DNA of 64,000 nt from an uncultured Clostridia bacterium (GTDB lineage Bacteria; Bacillota; Clostridia; Christensenellales; UBA1242), in the NCBI GenBank assembly GCA_944381155.1, contig CALWKA010000001.1:2529-66528 (forward strand), written 5' to 3'. This document shows, piece after piece, positions 29,409 through 37,952 of this stretch (positions are counted from its first letter, which is position 1; every line of letters starts with the position of its first letter). The translations under genes were made by a program, and so were the position numbers. Under the pieces are notes generated by a model that did not search any database, was not told the origin of the DNA, and worked only from the letters and a program-made list of their open reading frames with translations.

Positions 29409-29894
29409 ATGAGTAAAGTGTTAATGATAATAGACATGCAAAAAGGGTTTGTAAAAAATCAGTTTTTTTCTAATTTAGTGCAAAAAATAAATAAGTTAAT
29501 AAGTTTAAAAATTTATGACTATTATGTTTTTACAAAATTTGTAAATGGAAAAAATAATTTATTTATAAACAAATTAAATTGGAAAAATTTATTGACCGAA
29601 CAGTCACAAAAAATTTGTGTAAAAATACCTAAAAATAATATTGTTTTCGAAAAATACGGCTATGGATTGAATGAAGAACAAATTGAAAAATTAAAAAATA
29701 TTTTATTTCCAAATTCTCAAATTGATTTATGTGGAATTGAAACAGATGCATGTGTATATGCAATAGCTTTACAACTTTTTGACAACAATTTATTTCCTAA
29801 TATCTTAATAAATTATACTTATTCATCGATTGATAATGAAATTATAAAATTAATTTTATTACACCAATTTGGTAAAATTGACGAAAGAGATTGA
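29409..29894 (+). CDS. Isochorismatase-family cysteine hydrolase
   Basis: LMIIDMQKGF at the N-terminus and the catalytic Cys context GIETDACVYA. Confidence 0.6.
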   Translation: MSKVLMIIDMQKGFVKNQFFSNLVQKINKLISLKIYDYYVFTKFVNGKNNLFINKLNWKNLLTEQSQKICVKIPKNNIVFEKYGYGLNEEQIEKLKNILFPNSQIDLCGIETDACVYAIALQLFDNNLFPNILINYTYSSIDNEIIKLILLHQFGKIDERD

Positions 29895-30047
29895 TATTCG
29901 TTTATAATATAAAATTTATTTTTTATATGTTTCAAAATATTTTAACATTAAAATTTTAATAAATTAAATTGATTTGACTATTATGAAATTATTTAGCATA
30001 ATATAAATATCTAATTGTAAAAGCAGAATTCATAAGGGAGAAAAAAT

Positions 30048-31202
30048 ATGAAAATGCTATTGAAAAGAAATTTATCAAAAATATTATTGTTTACTCTTAT
30101 TTTGATGGCTTCTATAACATTCGTTGCTTGTGGTGGAGATGAGTCAAAAGGAGAAGATAAAACTTATAATATCATTTTACCGCAAGACGAAAACATCACT
30201 ATCACGCTAGATAAAAACTCGGCAAAGGCGGGCGAACGCGTGAATTTTTCAGTCAGTTTGAATAATGCTGATTATTATATCACGGCAGTATTTGTAAATG
30301 ATAGCGAACTCACTGCAACTGATAATGTATACTCTTTTGTTATGGGAAATAAAGATGCAGTCATTAGTGTAGAAAGTGCGCAGTATCAAGAAGTTTTGCA
30401 GGATAATTTTATCAGATTCAATTCGATTTCGCCAGATCAAATCATAATGCAAGAAAGTTATCCAGGGGATAATTGGGGCGCATATTTGACTTATGATTTT
30501 ACTGAAACATTTGTGGAAAACACGGCAGACACTGTGAAAGTGTTGGAATCTACCAATCAAAATGTTATTCCTAACGATGCGTTGAGTCATAGTTATATCA
30601 CGCAGGACGGCAGTTATAAAAGTGGCGGAAACATCTATATTGATAGTTCGAAGATAAACGCGGGCAGTACATATATAATTTTGGAGATTAAAAATACTTT
30701 CAACACCAGCGCCGGATCTTCGCGTGTGATCAAAAAGGTTGAAGTTGTGACTGAACAAGATTTTGATTATTCCGATCTATATTACACCGTGTCACTAACG
30801 CTCGATTTGAGATCGGTTAGATCAGATAGTCCATATTTTTCAATAGAATTGTCAGATAGAGATTCGGCTAGATATTATGGATTTGACTATTCTAATTTAA
30901 CCTATACAATAGACGGCATTGAAAAGACATCCATCGTTACGGGTTCAACTTGCAGATTCCGTTTTTCAAAAGATGAATTGACCACCAATGAAGTTACAAT
31001 CAGTTTCAATTATTTCATTGGGCATAATTATTCAATTTCATTTTTAGGCTTTGCTGACGACGGATATAATATTGGACCGGGGTATGAATGGACGACATAT
31101 TCTATTGGCAATAATGTAAATTCGCAAGCGGGATATACCACTAGTGACGGACTATATTTTAATTTTGATGGTGCAAGTTTGGAATTGACCGTTTCAAAAT
31201 AA
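30048..31202 (+). CDS. Lipoprotein of unknown function
   Basis: Signal peptide ending in the lipobox FVAC-GG. GGGAG RBS upstream. Confidence 0.6.
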   Translation: MKMLLKRNLSKILLFTLILMASITFVACGGDESKGEDKTYNIILPQDENITITLDKNSAKAGERVNFSVSLNNADYYITAVFVNDSELTATDNVYSFVMGNKDAVISVESAQYQEVLQDNFIRFNSISPDQIIMQESYPGDNWGAYLTYDFTETFVENTADTVKVLESTNQNVIPNDALSHSYITQDGSYKSGGNIYIDSSKINAGSTYIILEIKNTFNTSAGSSRVIKKVEVVTEQDFDYSDLYYTVSLTLDLRSVRSDSPYFSIELSDRDSARYYGFDYSNLTYTIDGIEKTSIVTGSTCRFRFSKDELTTNEVTISFNYFIGHNYSISFLGFADDGYNIGPGYEWTTYSIGNNVNSQAGYTTSDGLYFNFDGASLELTVSK

Positions 31203-31218
31203 TTTTAATAATGTATTC

Positions 31219-31257
31219 AAAGCACAAAACTAAAATTTATTTAGTTTTGTGCTTTTT
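31219..31257 (+). terminator. Rho-independent terminator after the lipoprotein gene
   Basis: 14-bp stem AAAGCACAAAACTA / TAGTTTTGTGCTTT followed by a T-run. Confidence 0.85.
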
Positions 31258-31921
31258 GTGGCAATAAAAAATAAAATCATAATGTTAAATAAATTTATAA
31301 AAAATTAAATAAAAATAAAAAAAACAATTTTTTTCGAATAATTAATTTATATAAATATAAATTAAAAAAAATAATAAAAATATATTAAAAAATAAAAATA
31401 ATAAATTTTAAAAATTAATTAATAAACAAATTTTGTATGATTTTTTTATAATAAATTGGTCAATTAAAAATATGATTTTAATCTTATAAATTGCATTTTT
31501 ATGATTAAAGTAATAGAATAAAAAGGATATGAATTGTGGTTATGTTTTGTTGCAATAGTTTATGATTCAACAAAAATTTGCTATCATCAATTTAAAAATT
31601 ATTCTTGACATATCAATTCAATTAGAGTAGAATAATTTTGCAAGTAGAATAGATTGATTGTCTAGATTTGAAATTGATTATTTTGTTTATATTGTTGAGA
31701 TGAAAAAACACATAAAAAATAATTTATTCATTCATTTATCAAAATTTTGATATGGGCATAAAAGATATGACAATTGATATTAATTCTTCATTAATAAAAT
31801 GCGCTAGCGATTTTATTTAAAATAATATCTGTACCCGATTAAAAAATAAAATGGGGATTTTAAGACTAGCAAAAAATTGTAATCAAAATTATCAATCCAT
31901 ACACTTTTGAATAAATTATAT

Positions 31922-32008
31922 GCGGATATGGCGAAATTGGCAGACGCGCTAGATTCAGGTTCTAGTGAGAGCAATCTCATGCAGGTTCAAGTCCTGTTAT
32001 CCGCACCA
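31922..32008 (+). tRNA. tRNA-Leu (anticodon CAG)
   Basis: Acceptor GCGGATA/TATCCGC, anticodon loop TTCAGGT, long variable arm, T-arm GGTTCAAGTCC, encoded CCA. Confidence 0.9.
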
Positions 32009-32009
32009 G
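31940..32009 (+). repeat. 70-bp direct repeat, copy 1 (tRNA-Leu from the D-loop to CCA plus 1 nt)
   Basis: GCAGACGCGCTAGATTCAGG...TTATCCGCACCAG is identical at 32151-32220. Confidence 0.95.
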
Positions 32010-32028
32010 CATAAAGAAAACAGCGGAT

Positions 32029-32150
32029 GCCAATTTCGCTAATAGGGGACCCCGAAAATAGACGATGTTTTCGGGGAAAAGGAGCAAGCGAATAAAACTA
32101 AAACTTTTTGCATTCAAGCAAAAAGTGAAATAAAATGAAGCTTGCGACGC
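32029..32150 (+). other. Unclassified structured insertion module, copy A (about 122 nt)
   Basis: (1) The 5' 11 nt GCCAATTTCGC (32029-32039) are the exact reverse complement of tRNA-Leu positions 31931-31941. (2) GGGGACCCC lies at 32045-32053. (3) Hairpin 1 is CCCCGAAAA/TTTTCGGGG (32050-32076). (4) Hairpin 2 is CTTTTTGC/GCAAAAAG (32104-32125). (5) A TGAAGC motif lies near the 3' end. It is a paralog of 37798-37922. Confidence 0.7.
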
Positions 32151-32220
32151 GCAGACGCGCTAGATTCAGGTTCTAGTGAGAGCAATCTCATGCAGGTTCA
32201 AGTCCTGTTATCCGCACCAG
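32151..32220 (+). repeat. 70-bp direct repeat, copy 2 (orphan tRNA-Leu 3' portion)
   Basis: Identical to 31940-32009. It is followed by a terminator-like hairpin, AAACGAACCTT...AAGGTTTGTTT (32230-32276). Confidence 0.95.
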
Positions 32221-32338
32221 ACAAGAATAAAACGAACCTTATATAACCAGCAAGATTAATATTCAAGGTTTGTTTTATAATAAAATTAATTTTATTAATC
32301 ACCAAAAATAAGTTGTGGCAATTTTGAACGCTTTAAAT

Positions 32339-33391
32339 TTATAATGTGTTGTGATGGCAATAAGGGCAACCTGGTGCTAAATTTAAGTTATAATTTTTAA
32401 CAATCTTTTCTGATTTGGTCAAGACATTTTCAAGAAATTTTGTCGATGGTTTTGTTCCAATATTGTTGTACGGCACATATGGGGAAAGCACAGGCATAGC
32501 ACCACACTTGCAAATTTCTTCAACACCTTTCAAAGAAGATTGCAAACTTTCTAAGCCTATAATAATGCCAGACCTAACATTTTGCGTTCCAAAAACTTTG
32601 CTTGCAAGTTTTAAAAAGTAAAAATAATTTTCCCTGCCTATATTAAATTTTTCTCTACAATATTTTTCACATATTTTTTTATCATAAAGCTCCAAGTTAA
32701 TTGACAGCCCTCCAACACCAAAACTTTTCAAAAGTTTTAGATATTCAAGATATTGAGATGTGTCGGGGTAAGAATCAAAACCGCGTGGCGTCATCATAAC
32801 ATCAAAAGAATATTGTGGATATTTCTGGCAAAAAAATTTATATACCTCTGTTAAATATTTTAAATCACACTCTTTAGGACTTCCGCCTGTTATTAAAACA
32901 TGTGTGACACGATCATCTTTCAAATGCACCTGAAGACATTTATCTAAATCCTCAATGCTATTTTTTGTGTATTTAATGTTATTTAGTGTGCAAAATGCGC
33001 AATGATTGTTGCACCCTCCAATAGGCGAAATGCGTGTTCTATCAAAATGAGTGGCTGCAATTGGAGAGGAAAGCAATTTGCTTTCTTCCTTTGAAATTTT
33101 GTTTTTAATATAAGACCTTATTGGTTGCCAAACTTCAACTTTAACTTCTTCGTTATTGAATTTCAAAATCAAATTATTGTTAATTAAAGTTAATTTATAT
33201 ATAGACTCTTTATTTAAGTCGCTTGTCACATAAAAATTATTTCCCAGCACCAACATAATCCCAGTTGTTGTGACATAGTCATCATTATAAAATTTTTCCC
33301 CAAATCTTTTTTTTAAATAGTCAAGAGCATCTTTTTCAATATTAACACCATTAACCATAAGTTCAATTTTAAGTTTTTTCAATGAAATCAT
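32339..33391 (-). CDS. Radical SAM protein with an N-terminal extension of about 120 aa
   Basis: CX3CX2C motif GGCNNHCAFC (Cys127/131/134 by my count). C-terminal PGCPYCHH. Its start overlaps the upstream ATP-grasp stop codon (ATGA). Confidence 0.75.
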   Translation of the reverse strand: MISLKKLKIELMVNGVNIEKDALDYLKKRFGEKFYNDDYVTTTGIMLVLGNNFYVTSDLNKESIYKLTLINNNLILKFNNEEVKVEVWQPIRSYIKNKISKEESKLLSSPIAATHFDRTRISPIGGCNNHCAFCTLNNIKYTKNSIEDLDKCLQVHLKDDRVTHVLITGGSPKECDLKYLTEVYKFFCQKYPQYSFDVMMTPRGFDSYPDTSQYLEYLKLLKSFGVGGLSINLELYDKKICEKYCREKFNIGRENYFYFLKLASKVFGTQNVRSGIIIGLESLQSSLKGVEEICKCGAMPVLSPYVPYNNIGTKPSTKFLENVLTKSEKIVKNYNLNLAPGCPYCHHNTL

Positions 33392-34374
33392 TTTATCACC
33401 CCTTTTATTGCCAAATTAATTTGTCTGTCAAATAAAGTTTTTTTATGTTTTTCAGACAATTGTTTATTAAGTTGCATTGTTGATGTTTGAAATCGAGCAT
33501 TAATTTCCATAAAATAAAAAGTGTCTTTCACCAAAATATAGTCTATTCCGCACACCCCTCGATAGCCAATTTGTTTCAAATATTCTCCAATACCCTTTGA
33601 TTCAGTCAAAATCTTATTTGAGATTTCTTTTGAGATATTATAGTCCGCTCCATCATAACACATTTTGTCACTTGTCTTGTTTATAATCTGCTGTGATGGT
33701 GCAAAATATTCCACAAAATCATTGTCAACAAACAAATGAATATTATATGATTTACAATTTTCCTGTAAAACAGAAATGCAATATTTCTTATGTTTTTTTA
33801 TTAGTTTCAATTGATTTTTTAAATTTTCTTTTGTAAAAATAAATGTATTTTCACCTGCAAAACCATATTCTTCCTGCACAACAAAACTTAAACTAAATGT
33901 TTTTTTATTTTGCCATACCTTTAGAAAATACTTTTCTAATTCCACTCCTAGCAAAAACTTATAATCAAGGATGTTTGTGTATGGCTTTAAATCTTCTCTT
34001 ATTTTAAACTTGTTATTTACATAATCGTACATTGAATATGTATTAACACTTAATATATGGTATTTTTTTAAATTATAACCTTTCAAATTATGCTCGTTAT
34101 ATCTCAAAAAATAAGCATCTTTATCTTTTTTCAACACCATTTTAACTGCTTCAATAAAAAATTTGTCAATTCTCTTTAAGTCAGAAATTTTGTTGTAATC
34201 AATTCTTTCGTCTGGATATAAATCAGAAAAACAGATGTTATTTTTTGTTTCAAACCGGCGTTGAACGGTGATTGAACCAAGGAAATTGTTTTCTGATTGT
34301 AAAATTAAATCATTAATACCAATAAAATATATATTCATAGATTCATCCTTACATATTTTAACATTATTATACAT
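33388..34374 (-). CDS. ATP-grasp family protein
   Basis: 328 aa. The C-terminal GVCGIDYILVKDTFYFMEINARFQ resembles the ATP-grasp Mg/ATP-binding region. Confidence 0.6.
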   Translation of the reverse strand: MYNNVKICKDESMNIYFIGINDLILQSENNFLGSITVQRRFETKNNICFSDLYPDERIDYNKISDLKRIDKFFIEAVKMVLKKDKDAYFLRYNEHNLKGYNLKKYHILSVNTYSMYDYVNNKFKIREDLKPYTNILDYKFLLGVELEKYFLKVWQNKKTFSLSFVVQEEYGFAGENTFIFTKENLKNQLKLIKKHKKYCISVLQENCKSYNIHLFVDNDFVEYFAPSQQIINKTSDKMCYDGADYNISKEISNKILTESKGIGEYLKQIGYRGVCGIDYILVKDTFYFMEINARFQTSTMQLNKQLSEKHKKTLFDRQINLAIKGVIK

Positions 34375-34505
34375 TATAAATTATAAAACTCAAAATTAAT
34401 TTTAAAAAATTTTTAACAAAAATTAATATCGAAGTGTATTCCACAAGTGTCCAACTTTTTGGGTTCACCCAAGTTCACTTTCCGCGTCCTTATTTTTGAA
34501 TTTTT

Positions 34506-35213
34506 CTAAATAAATGATATATTGATATCACCATTGTTGCAATCGGCAATCAGATGCTTTGTGCCGTCAAGTTTTTCTGCGGGCAAATTTGAGTTTCCCT
34601 TTTTTATGGTACAATCAATTGAATAATCACCAATGTCTCCAACGATTGTGCCGACTATGCTACCATTTTTTGTCTTTAAGTCGATAGTAGAATCTGCTTG
34701 CACTGAATTTAGCTGGATATCTCCGCCATTCGATTCAAGCGCGAGATTGTTTTTGATTGAAATTTCAGTTAATTCAATGTTTTCATTCGTCGTGCTGACC
34801 GTTAGATTAGTTAAAAGATTGTTTGGAATTTCAATGATAATTTCTCTATATTCGCTGTCCGCCTTCACGCCTATGCGGTCGATCCAAGATTTTTCATCCA
34901 CAAATTGAACATTCAATCTTTTGTTTGATATAGATATATCAATCTTTTCTTTTTCGCTTTCAAAATAATTGATATGTATTTGATCGTCACTAGATGATAG
35001 AATTTTTATTTTCCTATCTCGAACATCTATGTTTATATTTTCAATTTTGGCGATATGACAAGCGTATGTTTTTTCGCTAAATGTTCCCGCACCTATTACG
35101 CCATTGAAAGATAAGATCAATAGAGTGGCAATCACTGCGATAACGATCAACACGAGTGAGATAATGATAAGTTTAGTTTTTTTCATACTTTTCTCCTTCA
35201 ATTTACTTGACAA
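34506..35213 (-). CDS. Membrane-anchored beta-repeat protein (DUF4097 / LiaG-like putative adhesin)
   Basis: N-terminal TM helix, then repeated motifs of the type NGGDIQL, KNGSIVG and NNGDINI. The start may be the internal MKKTKL. Confidence 0.55.
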   Translation of the reverse strand: MSSKLKEKSMKKTKLIIISLVLIVIAVIATLLILSFNGVIGAGTFSEKTYACHIAKIENINIDVRDRKIKILSSSDDQIHINYFESEKEKIDISISNKRLNVQFVDEKSWIDRIGVKADSEYREIIIEIPNNLLTNLTVSTTNENIELTEISIKNNLALESNGGDIQLNSVQADSTIDLKTKNGSIVGTIVGDIGDYSIDCTIKKGNSNLPAEKLDGTKHLIADCNNGDINISFI

Positions 35214-35284
35214 TAGTTTTTATTGCCATTATCATCAGTATAAACCTTTGTGTAACACAAAAGTCAAGGAGAAAATTCAAATTT

Positions 35285-36070
35285 ATGGAAAAATTTTTCA
35301 CAATCAGCAAAATGGCAAAATTGGTGGGGACGACGAGCGAAACTTTGCGCCATTATGACCGCATTGGACTAGTTAAACCTAGCAAATTAGACGAATGGAC
35401 GAATTATAGATATTATACGAGTCAGGATATTGTGCGTCTGAATACGATAAAAGCTTTGCAGTTTATGGGTATGTCGCTAAAAGATATTAAACAAATTCTA
35501 AATTCACAAGATTTTTTTGAAATCGTCAGTTTTTTAGACGAAGCGCTGATTTCAGCGGATAAAAAAATCAACGAACTGAATTTGGCAAAATCAAAAATTG
35601 AAAGAGCAAAGAACTTTTATGCTAGCAAGATGGGTGAGGATGATAAATCTGAAGTGGTGTTTATTCAAGAGATTGAAAAACGCACCATTTTAATTTCAAC
35701 CACACTCACGCAAGCCAATATTGATAATTTGTTTGATTATCATAGGCATTTTTATCTTCAATTAGGCAATGAAAAATCAAACGATTTTCTATTTGAAGAC
35801 AGAGCGGGCATATATTCGGACGAATTGGGTAGCCATTTGTTTGCCATTTGCACAAAATTTAGTGAAGATAAAAATTTGATTTGCTTGCCAAAGGGGAAAT
35901 ATTTATGCGCAAATTGTATTGAAAAAAATCGCGCCAATGTGCGCGATAGACTGCTAAATATAGCAAAAGAGCAATATCATATCACTCCAAAATTTGTGCT
36001 AGAGATGATAAATCTGACGGGCATATTGAAATGGAACTATCAAATACAAATATATTTGGAAAATATTTAA
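35285..36070 (+). CDS. MerR-family transcriptional regulator with a C-terminal effector-binding domain
   Basis: HTH FTISKMAKLVGTTSETLRHYDRIGLVKP. The preferred start is ATG 35285; the track starts at 35207. Confidence 0.8.
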   Translation: MEKFFTISKMAKLVGTTSETLRHYDRIGLVKPSKLDEWTNYRYYTSQDIVRLNTIKALQFMGMSLKDIKQILNSQDFFEIVSFLDEALISADKKINELNLAKSKIERAKNFYASKMGEDDKSEVVFIQEIEKRTILISTTLTQANIDNLFDYHRHFYLQLGNEKSNDFLFEDRAGIYSDELGSHLFAICTKFSEDKNLICLPKGKYLCANCIEKNRANVRDRLLNIAKEQYHITPKFVLEMINLTGILKWNYQIQIYLENI

Positions 36071-36438
36071 TTTTAAACCAATTGAATAGATTTTTAACAA
36101 TCAAAATTTTAATCTATAACAAGTTAATATTGTTCAATCATATGAAAAACTAAATCGCATTTTGAATCAATCGTATTTTGCTAGACTATATAAAATTCAA
36201 ACATAATACAATACATTAGAATACAAAGCTATTGAAATAAATTATACAATCAATACCTTGCATGTGGAATATATATAGTTTATTCACTCCGCACGGATGG
36301 AATAAAAAATCAATTTTATTTTGTTTTATAAATTATGAAACAATATTGCATTTGCTTTGAAGTTTTCAAATGTTAAAATGAAAGTTTGATAGTTTAAATT
36401 AGCAGACTAAAAAACCTGTTTATTTATTTCTACAAAAT

Positions 36439-37125
36439 TTATTGGCATACGATTTTGACGCGGGCGCAAATTTCTATTGAACTATCTAGTTCAGTTTCTA
36501 GTGAATGATTTCTATAAATTGTTGTGGAATAAAAATTGCTTTGTTCTTCTATCTTTATGAGCGTGACATCTTTTCCTAGCAAATTTTTTGCGTTTTCTAT
36601 GGCGTTGTTCACCGCAAGAGATAGTGCAGTTTGATAGACTTCGTCTGCATTAGATAGAGTGAGATTCATATAATTTATATCCGCAATATCTGCGCTTATC
36701 AGCGCGTTTAAACTATTTTCATAATTATTTAGATCGGTCAATTCGTATGAAAAATTGATTATTGCATAATATCCTACCAATGTTTTTCCGCTCGAATAAT
36801 CGTAGTTCGGATTGCTGGTGAAACTATTAATTTTTATATTTTCAGCAGATATTCCGCTAGAAATCAACGCGCGCTTGGCGTGTTCGAACTGCTGGATAGA
36901 TTTTTCTTTTGCAATCGCGGGATCGGTGTCAAGATTTTCTATCTGGACAAACACTTCTGCTTTATCTGCGGGCAGGACAATTTGCGATGAGCCAAAGATT
37001 TCAAGCGTTGGCTCGCTAGATAGGGCACGGGCAGTTTTTGTTTCGGGCAAAAGGGATAGTAAGAGTGCGGATGACAAGAGTATAATAAACACAAAAATTG
37101 AGAAGCAAAAAATTTTCTTTTTCAT
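36439..37125 (-). CDS. SIMPL/DUF541-family secreted protein
   Basis: Signal peptide and a C-terminal pattern ALSLAVNNAIENAKNLLGKDVTLIKIEE typical of the family. Confidence 0.6.
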   Translation of the reverse strand: MKKKIFCFSIFVFIILLSSALLLSLLPETKTARALSSEPTLEIFGSSQIVLPADKAEVFVQIENLDTDPAIAKEKSIQQFEHAKRALISSGISAENIKINSFTSNPNYDYSSGKTLVGYYAIINFSYELTDLNNYENSLNALISADIADINYMNLTLSNADEVYQTALSLAVNNAIENAKNLLGKDVTLIKIEEQSNFYSTTIYRNHSLETELDSSIEICARVKIVCQ

Positions 37126-37543
37126 AAATTTTCCTCCAATATTAAACTGGTCAAAAATCTATAAAAAATTTATTCAATACAAAATTAGTTAAAATATCAA
37201 AAATTTTGACAAACTTATCCAACATTTGAATTTGTGGTAAGTCCGTTGTTTAAAAGGTCGAATCTTAATATTTACAAAAAAATACATAAAGACAAATATT
37301 GAATTTAGAAAAAACATAATAGAAAAAAGTTTATAAAATTGTATATTTGGAATTTTGTTGAGAGTTATGAAAGGCTATTCAACATATATTCTGCCGTTAG
37401 TTTTAAAAACATATTTTAATCGATATAGGAAATTCAAATGTTGGTTGATTTTAGTAAATATCAAGTTTTTTGAAAAGATAAATTGAAAACACTTTACAAA
37501 TCTTTCATTTTAAAGCATAATAAAGTCTGTAAAAGGAGAAAAA

Positions 37544-37795
37544 ATGATAGAATTTAGATATGATACTCAACTTCTTATCGAAGGCAAGAATTTGGACGAA
37601 GATAAGATTCGAGACTATTTTTTGAAGAATTTTAAGGGAGATTGCTTAATTGCGGTGGGAGATAGCGAACTGATTAAAATTCATTTCCACACAAACGAAC
37701 CTTGGGATGTGTTGAAATACTGCGCAAGTTTAGGCGAAATTTGCGACATCGTCGTCGAAGATATGGACAGGCAATCTCGCGGACTGAAAGGCTAA
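37544..37795 (+). CDS. Small protein resembling an internal segment of DAK2-fusion protein YloV (possible gene remnant)
   Basis: 83 aa. GDCLIAVGDSELIKIHFHTNEPWDVLKYCASLGEICDIVVEDMDRQ parallels my recollection of the Bacillus YloV segment GDSLLVIADEDLAKVHIHAEEPG...IKIENMREQ. GGAG RBS upstream. Confidence 0.5.
   Translation: MIEFRYDTQLLIEGKNLDEDKIRDYFLKNFKGDCLIAVGDSELIKIHFHTNEPWDVLKYCASLGEICDIVVEDMDRQSRGLKG
37765..37794 (+). repeat. 30-bp direct repeat, copy 1 (3' end of the 37544 ORF)
   Basis: GGACAGGCAATCTCGCGGACTGAAAGGCTA is identical at 37923-37952. Confidence 0.95.
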
Positions 37796-37797
37796 AA

Positions 37798-37922
37798 CCA
37801 TATCTTCGACGACAAAAGGGGACCCCACAATTAATGAAAAAATTGTGGGGGAGGCTGAATAATCAAACAAAAGCGAAGTATGTGACGAAGGAGCATACGA
37901 GAAAGAGTGCAGATTGTGAAGC
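37798..37922 (+). other. Unclassified structured insertion module, copy B (about 125 nt)
   Basis: (1) The 5' 16 nt CCATATCTTCGACGAC (37798-37813) are the exact reverse complement of 37751-37766. (2) GGGGACCCC lies at 37818-37826. (3) Hairpin 1 is CCCCACAATT/AATTGTGGGG (37823-37850). (4) Hairpin 2 is GTATG/CATAC (37878-37898). (5) It ends in TGAAGC (37917-37922). Confidence 0.7.
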
Positions 37923-37952
37923 GGACAGGCAATCTCGCGGACTGAAAGGCTA
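37923..37952 (+). repeat. 30-bp direct repeat, copy 2
   Basis: Identical to 37765-37794. The next base differs, giving TAG here versus TAA in copy 1. Confidence 0.95.
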
